A stretch of 64,000 nt of DNA from Verrucomicrobiota bacterium (GTDB lineage: Bacteria; Verrucomicrobiota; Verrucomicrobiia; JAWXBN01; JAWXCD01), in NCBI GenBank assembly GCA_034440535.1, contig JAWXCD010000125.1:868-64867 (forward strand). The letters are read 5' to 3'. The notes under the pieces are model-generated. The model ran no database searches, was not told the DNA's origin, and saw nothing but the letters and a program-made list of their open reading frames with translations. Positions 8,808 through 18,699 of this stretch are shown piece after piece. The translations under genes were made by a program, and so were the position numbers. Numbering within the stretch: the first letter of the stretch is position 1; each line of letters starts with the position of its first letter.

Positions 8808-11800
8808 AGTTTAATTTCAATTACAAAAGATTTTTACGCTCATTCGTGCCGCCACCCCGGCAGGGATGGACGTGGAGACAAGTCACTCCACTCGTTGGCT
8901 TTTTAGTCGTGTACGCCATCTGCGTGACGACCTTAGTGCTTACCGATTTCGTTTATTTTACCCGGCCCGCTTACTTTGCACTGATGATTGTGAGTGTGTG
9001 GGTCTGGTGGATGCACCTCGCCGGGTTTAGCGGGTTGTCAAAAGGCCGTGCCTTGGCCGCCTTGTGGACCCGCCTGACGCTCATCGGGCTGTTTGTCATG
9101 ATGCTTGCAGATCCGATGTCCGTTAAAAAAAGCAACGACCTTGCCGTTGTGTACGCGCTAGACGTGTCAGATTCGATTGGCCAACAAGCCTCGGATCAAG
9201 CGGTGAGTTACATCACTAAAACAGTGACCCTAAAACCGGATCTCGATGAAGCCGGGCTGGTTGTTTTTGGGCGGGAAGCAGCCGTTGAGCTCCCGCCGCG
9301 GACCGCCTTTTTGTTTGAAGCCATCAACACTCGGTTGGCCAAGGACGGGTCAAATATTCAGAAAGCCTTGGCGCTTTCCGCCGCTATTTTGCCTGAAGAC
9401 AAAAAGGGGCGGATCGTGCTGATCAGCGACGGGACCGAAACAGACGGTGATTACGCTTCGGCATTAAAAGAACTTAAGGCGCGTGGGATCACGGTGGACG
9501 TGTTGCCAGTAGAATATGAATACAACAACGAAGTGTGGTTAGAAAAACTTGAGCTCCCTAAGTCAGTCAAAAAAGGGGAAACGTATGAGGCGCATGTTGT
9601 TTTGAACGCGTTGTCAGCCGGTGAAGGTGAAATGGTCTTGCTTGAAAACGGGAATGAAATTCATCGACAACCTGTTAATTATCAAACCGGGAAAAACAAG
9701 TTTTCCATGCCTATCTACCTACGGCAAGCGGGTTATTACGAATACACCGCGCAAATTCTGCCGAAAGAAGGGAAGGACACATGGGAAAATAATAACAAAG
9801 CCATTAACTTTGTTTACCTCCAAGGTGAAAGCAAAACGCTCCTCGTGACAAATCCCGGCGGGGATGGACGTGATTACCAAAAGCTTCAAGAGATATTGAT
9901 GAAAGCGGGGCGGTCGGTTGACACTGTGAATGGATACGAGTTTCCCCGTGATTCAATGTCGTTGATTCCGTACGACGCCATTGTTTTTGTTAACGTTCCC
10001 TCTGAAGTGTTTGACGTAGCACAGATGACCGCCGTGCGCGATTCGGTTTACAATTTGGGCACGGGGTTTCTGATGGTCGGGGGGCAGAACAGCTTTGGAG
10101 CAGGTGGATACAACAAGACGCCCGTCGAAGAGGCGCTGCCTGTGACCATGGACATCACGCAAAAGAAGGTTATGCCCAAAGGGGCGCTGGCCATCATTCT
10201 CCACACATGCGAATTCGCAGAGGGCAACACGTATGGAAAGGAAATTGCGAAGGAAGCTATTCGGGTTCTGAGTGCACGGGACGAAGTGGGGATATTGGTT
10301 TATGATTATCAAGGAGCCGAAAAGTGGTTATTTAATCTGACCCCAGCAGGGGATTATGAAAAGTTGGTGCCTTTAATAAATGGCGCGCAGATTGGGGACA
10401 TGCCAAGCTTTGCGTCCACCATGGAGATGGGGTATCAATCACTGTCGGCGAATGACGCAGCCGTTAAGCACATGATCGTCATATCTGACGGTGACCCCCA
10501 ACCGCCCACGCCACAGCTCATTCAAAAATTTGTGGACGCAAAGATTAGCATTTCGATGGTGGCTGTCTTTCCGCACGGAGGTGCAGACATCTCGATCATG
10601 CAATCCATATCCTCGGCCACTGGCGGACGGTATTACTTTCCGCAGGACCCTCAGCAACTCCCAGGCATTTTTATTAAAGAAGCGAAAACGCTCAAACGAA
10701 ACCTCATCCAAAATAAAACGTTTGTGCCTCAACAGAGTGATCCATCCGCCATCCTAAAAGGAATAGGAACTTTACCCCAACTCAAGGGATACGTCCTGAC
10801 CACGCCTAAACCTCGGTCGATGGTCGTATTAAAAGCGCCTGAGGAGGATCAAATCGATCCGATATTAGCCACTTGGAAATTTGGATTAGGGACATCCGCC
10901 GCGTTCACCAGTGATTTGTCGCCGAACTGGGCCGCGTCATGGATGGACTGGGACCAGAACGAGGCGTTCGTTAAGCAGATGATGATTGATATCTCGCGAG
11001 TGAATAAAGCCAGTGCGTTGGATATACAGGCTTATGCCGTCGGGAGCCAGGGTTTCATAAATGTGGAGGATCACAATACTGACGGAGCTTTTTTGGAAGT
11101 CCAAGCCACAGCCGCTGGGCCTTCCGAGCGATCTGAGAAAGTCATTCTCAAGCAAGTCGGACCTCGACGGTACCAAGGGACGTTCCCACTTTGGGGTCAA
11201 GGGCGGTATCAGGTGATCGTAGCAGGGTTAGGCGATAACCGGATTGAGAATGGGTTGTCAGGATTCGTACTCCCGTACTCGCCTGAATATCTACGTTTTA
11301 AAAGTAATCCCATTGCCCTAAAGCGCATTGCGATGGAAACGGGTGGTCGAATTTTGACTGGGAAAGAGACAGGGAAAGAAATTTTCGGGGGCGATCGCAA
11401 GATGACCCTCAGCCTAAAACCTGTGTTCGATTGGATGTTGGTTCTGCTGGCCATACTCGTGCCGATCGACGTGGGGATAAGGCGCATCCAGCTCGACTTT
11501 AACCGGGTGATGGACATATTTCGGAGGAAGAAGAAAGGTGATAACGAATCGACCGCCACGATGGGCGCGCTCCTCAAGACAAAGGAACGAGTGAAGACTG
11601 AGCGCGATGAAACGACTAAGCCCATTTCCCCGTTGCTCATGCGGAAGAAGAGCGGAGAGTCGAAATCTGGGCCACCTGAAAAATCGATAGTAACGAACAA
11701 ACTAACAGAAAAACCGACAGAACCGGCACCCGGTGATGAAGGTCCCGTCAACACCACTTCCCACCTTTTAAAACGTAAACGTAAACGTGATGATGAAAAC

Positions 11801-11812
11801 CCGGAAAAATAG
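8804..11812 (+). CDS. Membrane-anchored double-VWA protein with a glutamine-amidotransferase-like (DUF1355-type) segment
   Basis: N-terminal TMs; VWA MIDAS DVSDS and LISDG; GFLMVGGQNSFGAGGY..TPVEEALPV; second VWA-like unit (HMIVISDG, ATGGRYY); C-terminal TM. Confidence 0.85.
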   Translation: MKFNFNYKRFLRSFVPPPRQGWTWRQVTPLVGFLVVYAICVTTLVLTDFVYFTRPAYFALMIVSVWVWWMHLAGFSGLSKGRALAALWTRLTLIGLFVMMLADPMSVKKSNDLAVVYALDVSDSIGQQASDQAVSYITKTVTLKPDLDEAGLVVFGREAAVELPPRTAFLFEAINTRLAKDGSNIQKALALSAAILPEDKKGRIVLISDGTETDGDYASALKELKARGITVDVLPVEYEYNNEVWLEKLELPKSVKKGETYEAHVVLNALSAGEGEMVLLENGNEIHRQPVNYQTGKNKFSMPIYLRQAGYYEYTAQILPKEGKDTWENNNKAINFVYLQGESKTLLVTNPGGDGRDYQKLQEILMKAGRSVDTVNGYEFPRDSMSLIPYDAIVFVNVPSEVFDVAQMTAVRDSVYNLGTGFLMVGGQNSFGAGGYNKTPVEEALPVTMDITQKKVMPKGALAIILHTCEFAEGNTYGKEIAKEAIRVLSARDEVGILVYDYQGAEKWLFNLTPAGDYEKLVPLINGAQIGDMPSFASTMEMGYQSLSANDAAVKHMIVISDGDPQPPTPQLIQKFVDAKISISMVAVFPHGGADISIMQSISSATGGRYYFPQDPQQLPGIFIKEAKTLKRNLIQNKTFVPQQSDPSAILKGIGTLPQLKGYVLTTPKPRSMVVLKAPEEDQIDPILATWKFGLGTSAAFTSDLSPNWAASWMDWDQNEAFVKQMMIDISRVNKASALDIQAYAVGSQGFINVEDHNTDGAFLEVQATAAGPSERSEKVILKQVGPRRYQGTFPLWGQGRYQVIVAGLGDNRIENGLSGFVLPYSPEYLRFKSNPIALKRIAMETGGRILTGKETGKEIFGGDRKMTLSLKPVFDWMLVLLAILVPIDVGIRRIQLDFNRVMDIFRRKKKGDNESTATMGALLKTKERVKTERDETTKPISPLLMRKKSGESKSGPPEKSIVTNKLTEKPTEPAPGDEGPVNTTSHLLKRKRKRDDENPEK

Positions 11813-11842
11813 TTTAACCCACGAAAATGGAGTCCACCGACT

Positions 11843-12841
11843 ATGAGTAACCTCGAAGAACTGAAAGCTGAAGCAGAACAATTTTCCATTACCTACAGGA
11901 AATTGTGCGATGAAATATCAAAAGTCATCGTCGGGCAGAACCGCGTCATTGAATCAACCCTTACCGCGTTGATCTCAGGTGGCAACGTGTTGCTCGAAGG
12001 TGTGCCTGGCCTTGGTAAAACTGAATTAGTCAAAACCATTGCGCGCGTCTTGGACCTTGATTTTAAGCGGATCCAATTTACCCCTGACCTGATGCCAGCG
12101 GATATCGTAGGGACGAATATCATGTCGTCCGATGACAGTGGCCGGTACCGATTTGAGTTTAAAAAAGGGCCCATATTTACTCAGCTACTATTGGCCGACG
12201 AAATCAACCGTGCCACACCGAAAACACAATCGGCACTCCTTGAAACGATGCAGGAAGCCTCTGTGACTACCGGGGGAATTACTTATCCTTTGAAACAACC
12301 GTTCTTTGTGTTGGCGACTCAAAATCCGCTTGAACAAGAAGGAACGTACCCACTTCCCGAAGCGCAGTTGGACCGGTTTATGTTCAAAATGCTTGTTCCC
12401 TTTGTAAGCCGCCAAGAGCTCAATGAAATCTTGCGCCGGACCACTTTGAAACAATCGCAGGACGTGAATAAGGTTTTGGATTCCGAAGGATTACTTCAAC
12501 AACGAGTCGTTTTGGACAAAGTTGTCGTGGCGGATCCCATACGCGATTACGCCGTGCGCTTGGTGTTAGGCACGCATCCAGAAACTGAATTCGCCGTACC
12601 CTCTTTTAAACGGTACATCAATTGGGGCGCCAGTCCTCGTGCTGCACAAGCTTTGATTCGGGCGGGACGCGTGCGTGCGTTGTCGCAAGGGCGTGTGCAT
12701 GTGGCCTACGAGGACATTCGCTTTTTTGCCCAAGAAGTGCTCAACCATCGGGTGTTGCTGAACTACGATGGACAAGCCGAAAATGTGAAAGTAACCGACC
12801 TCGTCCAAGAACTGGTGGGCCATCTCCCCGAAACCGCTTAA
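11843..12841 (+). CDS. moxR: MoxR-family AAA+ ATPase
   Basis: LLEGVPGLGKT, RIQFTPDLMPAD, LLADEINRA and ATQNPLEQEGTYPLPEAQLDRF motifs. Confidence 0.95.
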   Translation: MSNLEELKAEAEQFSITYRKLCDEISKVIVGQNRVIESTLTALISGGNVLLEGVPGLGKTELVKTIARVLDLDFKRIQFTPDLMPADIVGTNIMSSDDSGRYRFEFKKGPIFTQLLLADEINRATPKTQSALLETMQEASVTTGGITYPLKQPFFVLATQNPLEQEGTYPLPEAQLDRFMFKMLVPFVSRQELNEILRRTTLKQSQDVNKVLDSEGLLQQRVVLDKVVVADPIRDYAVRLVLGTHPETEFAVPSFKRYINWGASPRAAQALIRAGRVRALSQGRVHVAYEDIRFFAQEVLNHRVLLNYDGQAENVKVTDLVQELVGHLPETA

Positions 12842-12851
12842 CAGTTGAACC

Positions 12852-13745
12852 ATGAGTCAATCTCAACAACTTACATCGCTCCTGAGTAATGCAACGCTTA
12901 ACCGGTTGCAGCACATGCGTCTGCGGCCGTTCCGACGGTTTACCAATAAGAGCCGGGGGCAGCACGAGCATGGGCGGGGAGGGTCGAGTAATGAGTTTGC
13001 GGACTTTCGTGATTACGTGGCCGGCGATGACATGCGCAATGTGGATTGGAACATATTTGCGCGACTTAACCGACCTTACGTTAAACTGTATCGTCAGGAA
13101 GAGGACATGCACGTTGTGTTGCTCGTTGACGCCTCGAAGAGCATGGATTTCGATGGAAAGTTTCTAAAAGCACAACAATTGGCCGCCGCGATTGCGATGA
13201 TGGGGATACAAGCCACAGAGCGGATCAGCATTCAGGCGTTTGCAGGACAACAACTCCAGCGATTGGACCCGTGTACCGGCCGGGCAAGTCTTCAAAAGAT
13301 ATTTAGTTTTGTAGAGCGGTTAGGAGTCGGAGGGCAGGTTCCCGTCGAGAAGGGGATTGAACAATTGCAGAGGTACCATAAAGGACGTGGCATGGTTGTG
13401 ATCCTCTCAGATTTCCTAACGATGAACGCCGATCTAAAATCCGCGTTTAATAGGTTGTTTAGCACCGGGTTGGAAATTTATGGAATTCAGATACTGGCGC
13501 CCGTGGAACGAAATCCCGAACTCACCGGAGACCTGCGGTTTGTGGATAGCGAAACAGAACAACTCCTCGACGTCACCGCCGTCGGGGGTTTGCTTGAGAT
13601 ATATCATGAGTACCGAAGTGGATTGGAAAACGATCTGACCGTGTTGTGCCAGCAGCGTTCGGGTCGGTTTATTTCGGTTGATTCTACAGAGACCGTCGAA
13701 GGAGTTTTATTTGATACCATGAAGCGCAAGGGATGGGTTAAATGA
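12852..13745 (+). CDS. DUF58 domain protein
   Basis: GSSNEFADFRDYVAGDDMRNVDWN, LVDASKSM and ILSDF motifs; adjacent to moxR. Confidence 0.92.
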   Translation: MSQSQQLTSLLSNATLNRLQHMRLRPFRRFTNKSRGQHEHGRGGSSNEFADFRDYVAGDDMRNVDWNIFARLNRPYVKLYRQEEDMHVVLLVDASKSMDFDGKFLKAQQLAAAIAMMGIQATERISIQAFAGQQLQRLDPCTGRASLQKIFSFVERLGVGGQVPVEKGIEQLQRYHKGRGMVVILSDFLTMNADLKSAFNRLFSTGLEIYGIQILAPVERNPELTGDLRFVDSETEQLLDVTAVGGLLEIYHEYRSGLENDLTVLCQQRSGRFISVDSTETVEGVLFDTMKRKGWVK

Positions 13746-15610
13746 ACTGGGGCGGTTTTCATACTCCAGCGTTCGCTTGGCTTTTCCTTCTGTTTATCCC
13801 ACTCGTTCTATTTTATTTCCTGAAGTTAAAGCGTCCCCGGCAGGTGATCCCGTCATTGGCGTTGTGGAGGCAGGTGTTACAGGACAGACGAGTGAATGCT
13901 CCGTTTCAAAAATTTAAGCGTAACATACTTCTCATCCTTCAACTTTTACTACTCCTTTTATTGGTGCTTGCAGCGCTCCAACCTTTTTGGCGTGGGAACC
14001 AAGGATCAGGAACCTCCCGACGCCCTATTATTATAGATTGCTCCGCGTCGATGGCCGCTAAGGATCACGAATCTGGCAAAACGCGACTTGAACATGTGAA
14101 AGAAAAAGTGGCCGCGATCATAAATGGTCTTGGGCCAGGTCAGGAACTGAGTTTGATTACTTTCACACAATACGCACGCAAGCGGACGGAATTTACCGGG
14201 AACAAAACAACATTGCACAAGGCACTTAAAGAAATAGAAGTTGAAGACGTCCCCGCAAATGTAGAAGACGCGCTCCGGTTGTGTCAGGCACTAGCGAAAA
14301 GATTCACGTTTAATACAGTACTCCTCTTTTCAGATGGAAATTTTGCGCACTCGGTTGATGTTGATTTGTCCTTTACCCTTGATTACCAGAGAATCCCTTT
14401 TGGCGGCGATAATATGGGCATTACTGCTTGTAACGCCGTGAGCAATTCCAAGGGAGAATGGAGCGTTTTTGTCCAGGTTGAAGGTTCATCAAAGGAATTA
14501 AAATCTGCTAAGATTGAGATTATCCAAGATGGAGTGAAGAAAGTTGAGGATTCGTTGCTCGTTGGGAAAGAACGAGCTGAACGAATTGCCCTTACAATAC
14601 CGGGGTCAAAAGCGTCCACGATAGAAGTGAAGCTTGTTCCCGAAGGTGAAGATGTCCTTGCGACGGATAACCAGGCTTGGCTTCAGCTTCCGTTAAACCG
14701 GCCCCTGCTTGTTTATGTGAATGAGGCTATGAGCGCCTATAAAATGGCACTCAAAGGCATACCTGGAATAGCAGTCGTGACAGATAAAGTGAAGTTCTCA
14801 GCCGCAGACTTAGTGATCACGGATGACCCGAACGATAAAGGGATACTGACACGTACCGCCCTTTGGGTGGGGACAATACCTGAGGCATTAAAAAAGCAGG
14901 TCACCGTAAAACAGGAGAACGCAGCCGTGGTTGACTGGATGCGTGAGGCCAAGCTCCTTCAGCATGTGGCGCTTGATGACGTGATCGTATTGGACAACCC
15001 TCAAGCCCCGGATGTGAGAGATGAAGTGTGGGAAAATGAAGGATACCGCGTACTCGTGAGCGGAGCCCAGGGGCCATTGTTACTGGAGAAAAATGTTCCT
15101 GGAAATCACGTGTATTATATGTTGTTTCATAGTGATCGCTCTACCTTGCCGTACAGAATTGCTTTTCCCATCTTGATAGCCAACCTCATTGAGGAAGCGA
15201 GGCATGATGCCGGTTTGTCCGAAACGTTACCTGGTCGCACGGGTGTGGTAGAGCCACAGTTAGGGACAGTCGGAGGAAAGTACACCTTTGAAGGGCCCGG
15301 AGTGCGATCAACGGACGTGACCGCCGATGAAGCCGGAATGATTTCGGGACTTACAGCCAGCAAGGTTGGTGTGTATAAAATCAAGGGAGCAACTGAGACG
15401 AAAGTTGTTACCGCAAGTTTACTGAGTTCTTCAGAGACACGATTGGATGCTGTGGAAAAGATTCAGTTTAAGGAAACATTATCCGTGGCAGCATCCGGGA
15501 AGTCTGAAAAGGCGGATGTCCCATTATGGACGATTATGGCTGGCTTAGCGTTTTTGATGGTGCTCATTGAGTGGTGGTACTATCAGCGGCGCCCAGAGGG
15601 AGTCGAATAG
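13742..15610 (+). CDS. BatA N-terminal double-TM + VWA domain protein
   Basis: PLVLFYFLKLKRPR..PSL.LW BatA-type N-terminus; MIDAS DCSAS and FSDG; C-terminal TM ending IEWW. Confidence 0.88.
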   Translation: MNWGGFHTPAFAWLFLLFIPLVLFYFLKLKRPRQVIPSLALWRQVLQDRRVNAPFQKFKRNILLILQLLLLLLLVLAALQPFWRGNQGSGTSRRPIIIDCSASMAAKDHESGKTRLEHVKEKVAAIINGLGPGQELSLITFTQYARKRTEFTGNKTTLHKALKEIEVEDVPANVEDALRLCQALAKRFTFNTVLLFSDGNFAHSVDVDLSFTLDYQRIPFGGDNMGITACNAVSNSKGEWSVFVQVEGSSKELKSAKIEIIQDGVKKVEDSLLVGKERAERIALTIPGSKASTIEVKLVPEGEDVLATDNQAWLQLPLNRPLLVYVNEAMSAYKMALKGIPGIAVVTDKVKFSAADLVITDDPNDKGILTRTALWVGTIPEALKKQVTVKQENAAVVDWMREAKLLQHVALDDVIVLDNPQAPDVRDEVWENEGYRVLVSGAQGPLLLEKNVPGNHVYYMLFHSDRSTLPYRIAFPILIANLIEEARHDAGLSETLPGRTGVVEPQLGTVGGKYTFEGPGVRSTDVTADEAGMISGLTASKVGVYKIKGATETKVVTASLLSSSETRLDAVEKIQFKETLSVAASGKSEKADVPLWTIMAGLAFLMVLIEWWYYQRRPEGVE

Positions 15611-15633
15611 AGAAGTCCTCGAAAGAAAACGAA

Positions 15634-17637
15634 ATGAACCTATTTCATAAAGTCACATTCATCATGATCCTCGTTTGCTGTGTTTGGCTCGATAAGGCCG
15701 GGGCGCAGGAGCAACCACTCAAAGTGCGCCTGAGTGCATTCCCACCTAAGATTCGTTCATCTGCACCTTTTCTAATGAATTTTCAAATCGACTATAGTGG
15801 TGACGCGTTGATTCAAGGCGATCTCATTTTAACGGTAAAAAACGGGAACGATGTTTTGTACACGTATAGCATTCCCGGAATAGCTGTCACAACAGGCCAA
15901 CAGAGTTATCAATTTTTAATGCCTCCACTGAATCAAGGGTACTCCGACCAGTTGGATGTGGGAGCCGTTATTGTTGGCAAAAAAGGCTCATATTCCCTTG
16001 GGTCCACATCGATAACGAAGGATCAGCCCGGCATGCGTGTTGTGGTCGTGGCTATGAGCAGTCGTTCCAGTCGTTTGAGCGAAGAAGAAAAAATGATTCA
16101 AGCGTTGCTTCGCCAAGAACGAATGATGCCTGATGAACCGCAGTTAACGAGGGCGTTGTCGACAGTGCCAGCGTTGATAAGGCCGGAGGAAATTCCGGTG
16201 AGCCCAATGAGTTTTTGCGCGTTTGACGGGCTGGTACTGTCGGGGGAAGGTTTCACCGATTTAAAACCCGCTCAAATGATGGCGATCAGGCAATGGGTGC
16301 TTGCGGGCGGAAAATTGGTGGTCTACCCAAAAGGGCCGGGGAAACAAGCGCAGGCTGATTTTTTAAATGACCTACTTAAAGGAGTGCCCAATGCCCCCGT
16401 TGTCACAGTGGATTCAACGGGTGTACTCTCCATGGCAGGCGTTGAAAATATCCTGCCTTTTTCTGTGTACCGGACAGGTTTAGGCCGACTTTTATGGGTC
16501 ACGTCCTTGCCTCAAACAGAACCGGAGATGACTTCGGAGATGGGCGAGAGCTTGCTGAAGTTCTGGAACATACGGAAATCACAATGGGAATCCACTAAGG
16601 CATCAGGCTTATGGAATCTAGATCTCCAAGTCATCCCGGACAAGCACAAGAATCAATTTGTATACCAACAGAATAACCCAAATGGCATCCTAGGGAAGGT
16701 GACTTCGTTTCTTCCAGGGCCCATATTAAATGGAAGTACAATCGTTAATACTTTAATGCCTGCCAAAGTGCAGGTCGTACCTTTCTGGATCATTGTTACA
16801 CTTTTGACGAGCTTTGTGATGGTGATAGGGCCCATTGATTATTACATTCTCGGATACTTTAAGATGAGGCGATATACGTGGGTTTTTTTCCCGGTCGTTT
16901 CGCTTATTTTTGCAATAGGGACTATTTTAATATCCAACCACTATTTAGGCCGGGACAACTCCCATCGCCGAATTATTGTACGCGACAGTTCCCCCTCTGG
17001 GGTGGTGGTCCGGGAGGTGACTATTGATAATTACTTCGCCGGTACGAGTATGATGCTGCAGCGCAAGGAGGAAGGTGTGATCGTGGCAGAGATCTCCCCG
17101 AATGCGCTTCGGATTGATTATAATTATAATATGCGTGGAAACAATCAGCCGGGTTTGTTGAGTTCACCAGGGACTTATTTAGGCAGGTTTCCTTCACGTT
17201 ACCAATACGAATTGGGATTGAAACAATGGTCTCCACAGGCACTGCGTACAATTAAGATTATAAAGGACCCCGTTCAATCGCCGTTCAAATGGCAGTCTTT
17301 GGATTTGGCTGCCCTTGAGGATCACACCTCTGAGCAACTTATTAAAAAGCTAGGGCTTCCCTCTGGTTTTTTAGGAACTGTTACTGTTATGCACAGTGGT
17401 AACTCCCTAGTTGTTTACCAGAACGACCAGCCCATAGACCAGACGATCGTTGAAAGTCTGACTACCCACCTACAAAGTGGATATTTTTCTATTATGTCAT
17501 CCATATCTCCCAATGGTTCAGCGCAGTTGGAGGATGTTCAAATACTTGATCAAACGGACCCTAATCAATGGGTGATCATTATTGCGGAGAAAAGCGGAGT
17601 GGATGTCGTGATGCATAGGTGTCTGTACGAATTTTAA
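15634..17637 (+). CDS. Large exported/membrane hypothetical protein of VWA/MoxR operons
   Basis: Signal peptide; 'IRQWVLAGGKLVV' GATase-like segment; two central TMs (VIGPIDYY..RRYTWVFFP). Start reassigned to 15634. Confidence 0.8.
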   Translation: MNLFHKVTFIMILVCCVWLDKAGAQEQPLKVRLSAFPPKIRSSAPFLMNFQIDYSGDALIQGDLILTVKNGNDVLYTYSIPGIAVTTGQQSYQFLMPPLNQGYSDQLDVGAVIVGKKGSYSLGSTSITKDQPGMRVVVVAMSSRSSRLSEEEKMIQALLRQERMMPDEPQLTRALSTVPALIRPEEIPVSPMSFCAFDGLVLSGEGFTDLKPAQMMAIRQWVLAGGKLVVYPKGPGKQAQADFLNDLLKGVPNAPVVTVDSTGVLSMAGVENILPFSVYRTGLGRLLWVTSLPQTEPEMTSEMGESLLKFWNIRKSQWESTKASGLWNLDLQVIPDKHKNQFVYQQNNPNGILGKVTSFLPGPILNGSTIVNTLMPAKVQVVPFWIIVTLLTSFVMVIGPIDYYILGYFKMRRYTWVFFPVVSLIFAIGTILISNHYLGRDNSHRRIIVRDSSPSGVVVREVTIDNYFAGTSMMLQRKEEGVIVAEISPNALRIDYNYNMRGNNQPGLLSSPGTYLGRFPSRYQYELGLKQWSPQALRTIKIIKDPVQSPFKWQSLDLAALEDHTSEQLIKKLGLPSGFLGTVTVMHSGNSLVVYQNDQPIDQTIVESLTTHLQSGYFSIMSSISPNGSAQLEDVQILDQTDPNQWVIIIAEKSGVDVVMHRCLYEF

Positions 17638-17652
17638 AACCAAAGAGGTGAT

Positions 17653-18585
17653 ATGGCGTTTGTTGAAATAAAAAATCTGGGTGTGAAGTACGGGAAGTTT
17701 GTCGCGGTTAAAGATCTCTCTTTTAATATCGAGAAGGGGAGTGTGTTTGGATTTATCGGACCTAACGGCGCGGGTAAATCTACGACCATCAAAGTTTTGG
17801 CAACTCTGATAAAACCTTCCAGTGGTACGGCCACGATTGACGGGATGGACGTAACAAAACACACACAGGACATTCGGCGGCGGATCGGATATGTACCCGA
17901 TTTCTTCGGCGTATACGAAGACCTGACTGTTAACGAGTACCTCCACTTTTTCGCGGCTGCTTATCGGATACCGCGTACAGATCGGGATTCCATCATTGAC
18001 GACGTGCTGGCTCTCACCGATTTAACGGTAAAGAAAGATGCCGGGGTTGATGGATTGTCGCGGGGCATGAAACAACGATTAGGACTCGCGCGCGTTTTGT
18101 TGCATGATCCCGACCTGCTCCTGCTTGATGAGCCTGCCAGTGGGTTGGACCCCAGAGCGCGCATCGACATGCGGGAATTGCTGAAAGAACTGACAAAACT
18201 TGGAAAAACGATCATTATTTCGAGTCACATTCTTTCTGAGCTCGCTGAGCTCGCCACCCAGATAGGAATTATTGAGGCCGGAGAGTTGATCGCCGAGGGG
18301 AATCTCAACGACATCTTTAAGCAGCTTTCGGTACGCCGGATTGTTCATGTCCAGTTATCCAACGTCAACGATGACCTCATTTCAAAAATTAAAGGGATCA
18401 GTGGGGCGTATCAGGTCGACGTTATGGCTGATCGGCTCGGAGTCCATATCAAGGAAGAAGAGCTCGCCATTGAAGATTTACTCCAACGCATTCAACAACT
18501 AGGCGGGCGTGTCCGCATGTTCCAACCCGACGCCATGGACATGGAGACAGTGTTCATCAAGTTAACCAAGGGTAAACTGGCGTAA
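17653..18585 (+). CDS. ABC-2-type (CcmA/DrrA-like) ATP-binding protein
   Basis: GPNGAGKST, LSRGMKQR, LLLDEPASGLDP and ISSH motifs. Confidence 0.93.
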   Translation: MAFVEIKNLGVKYGKFVAVKDLSFNIEKGSVFGFIGPNGAGKSTTIKVLATLIKPSSGTATIDGMDVTKHTQDIRRRIGYVPDFFGVYEDLTVNEYLHFFAAAYRIPRTDRDSIIDDVLALTDLTVKKDAGVDGLSRGMKQRLGLARVLLHDPDLLLLDEPASGLDPRARIDMRELLKELTKLGKTIIISSHILSELAELATQIGIIEAGELIAEGNLNDIFKQLSVRRIVHVQLSNVNDDLISKIKGISGAYQVDVMADRLGVHIKEEELAIEDLLQRIQQLGGRVRMFQPDAMDMETVFIKLTKGKLA

Positions 18586-18699
18586 GAAGCCTTTGTTCTT
18601 TGCTTTCTGACTGCGCGACACTAAATTTCGTGGGTGTTTGCGAAAGGCCACGGTTTGTGACCCTTTAGATGGAGCACCGCTGATAAATTCTAATCTGAT

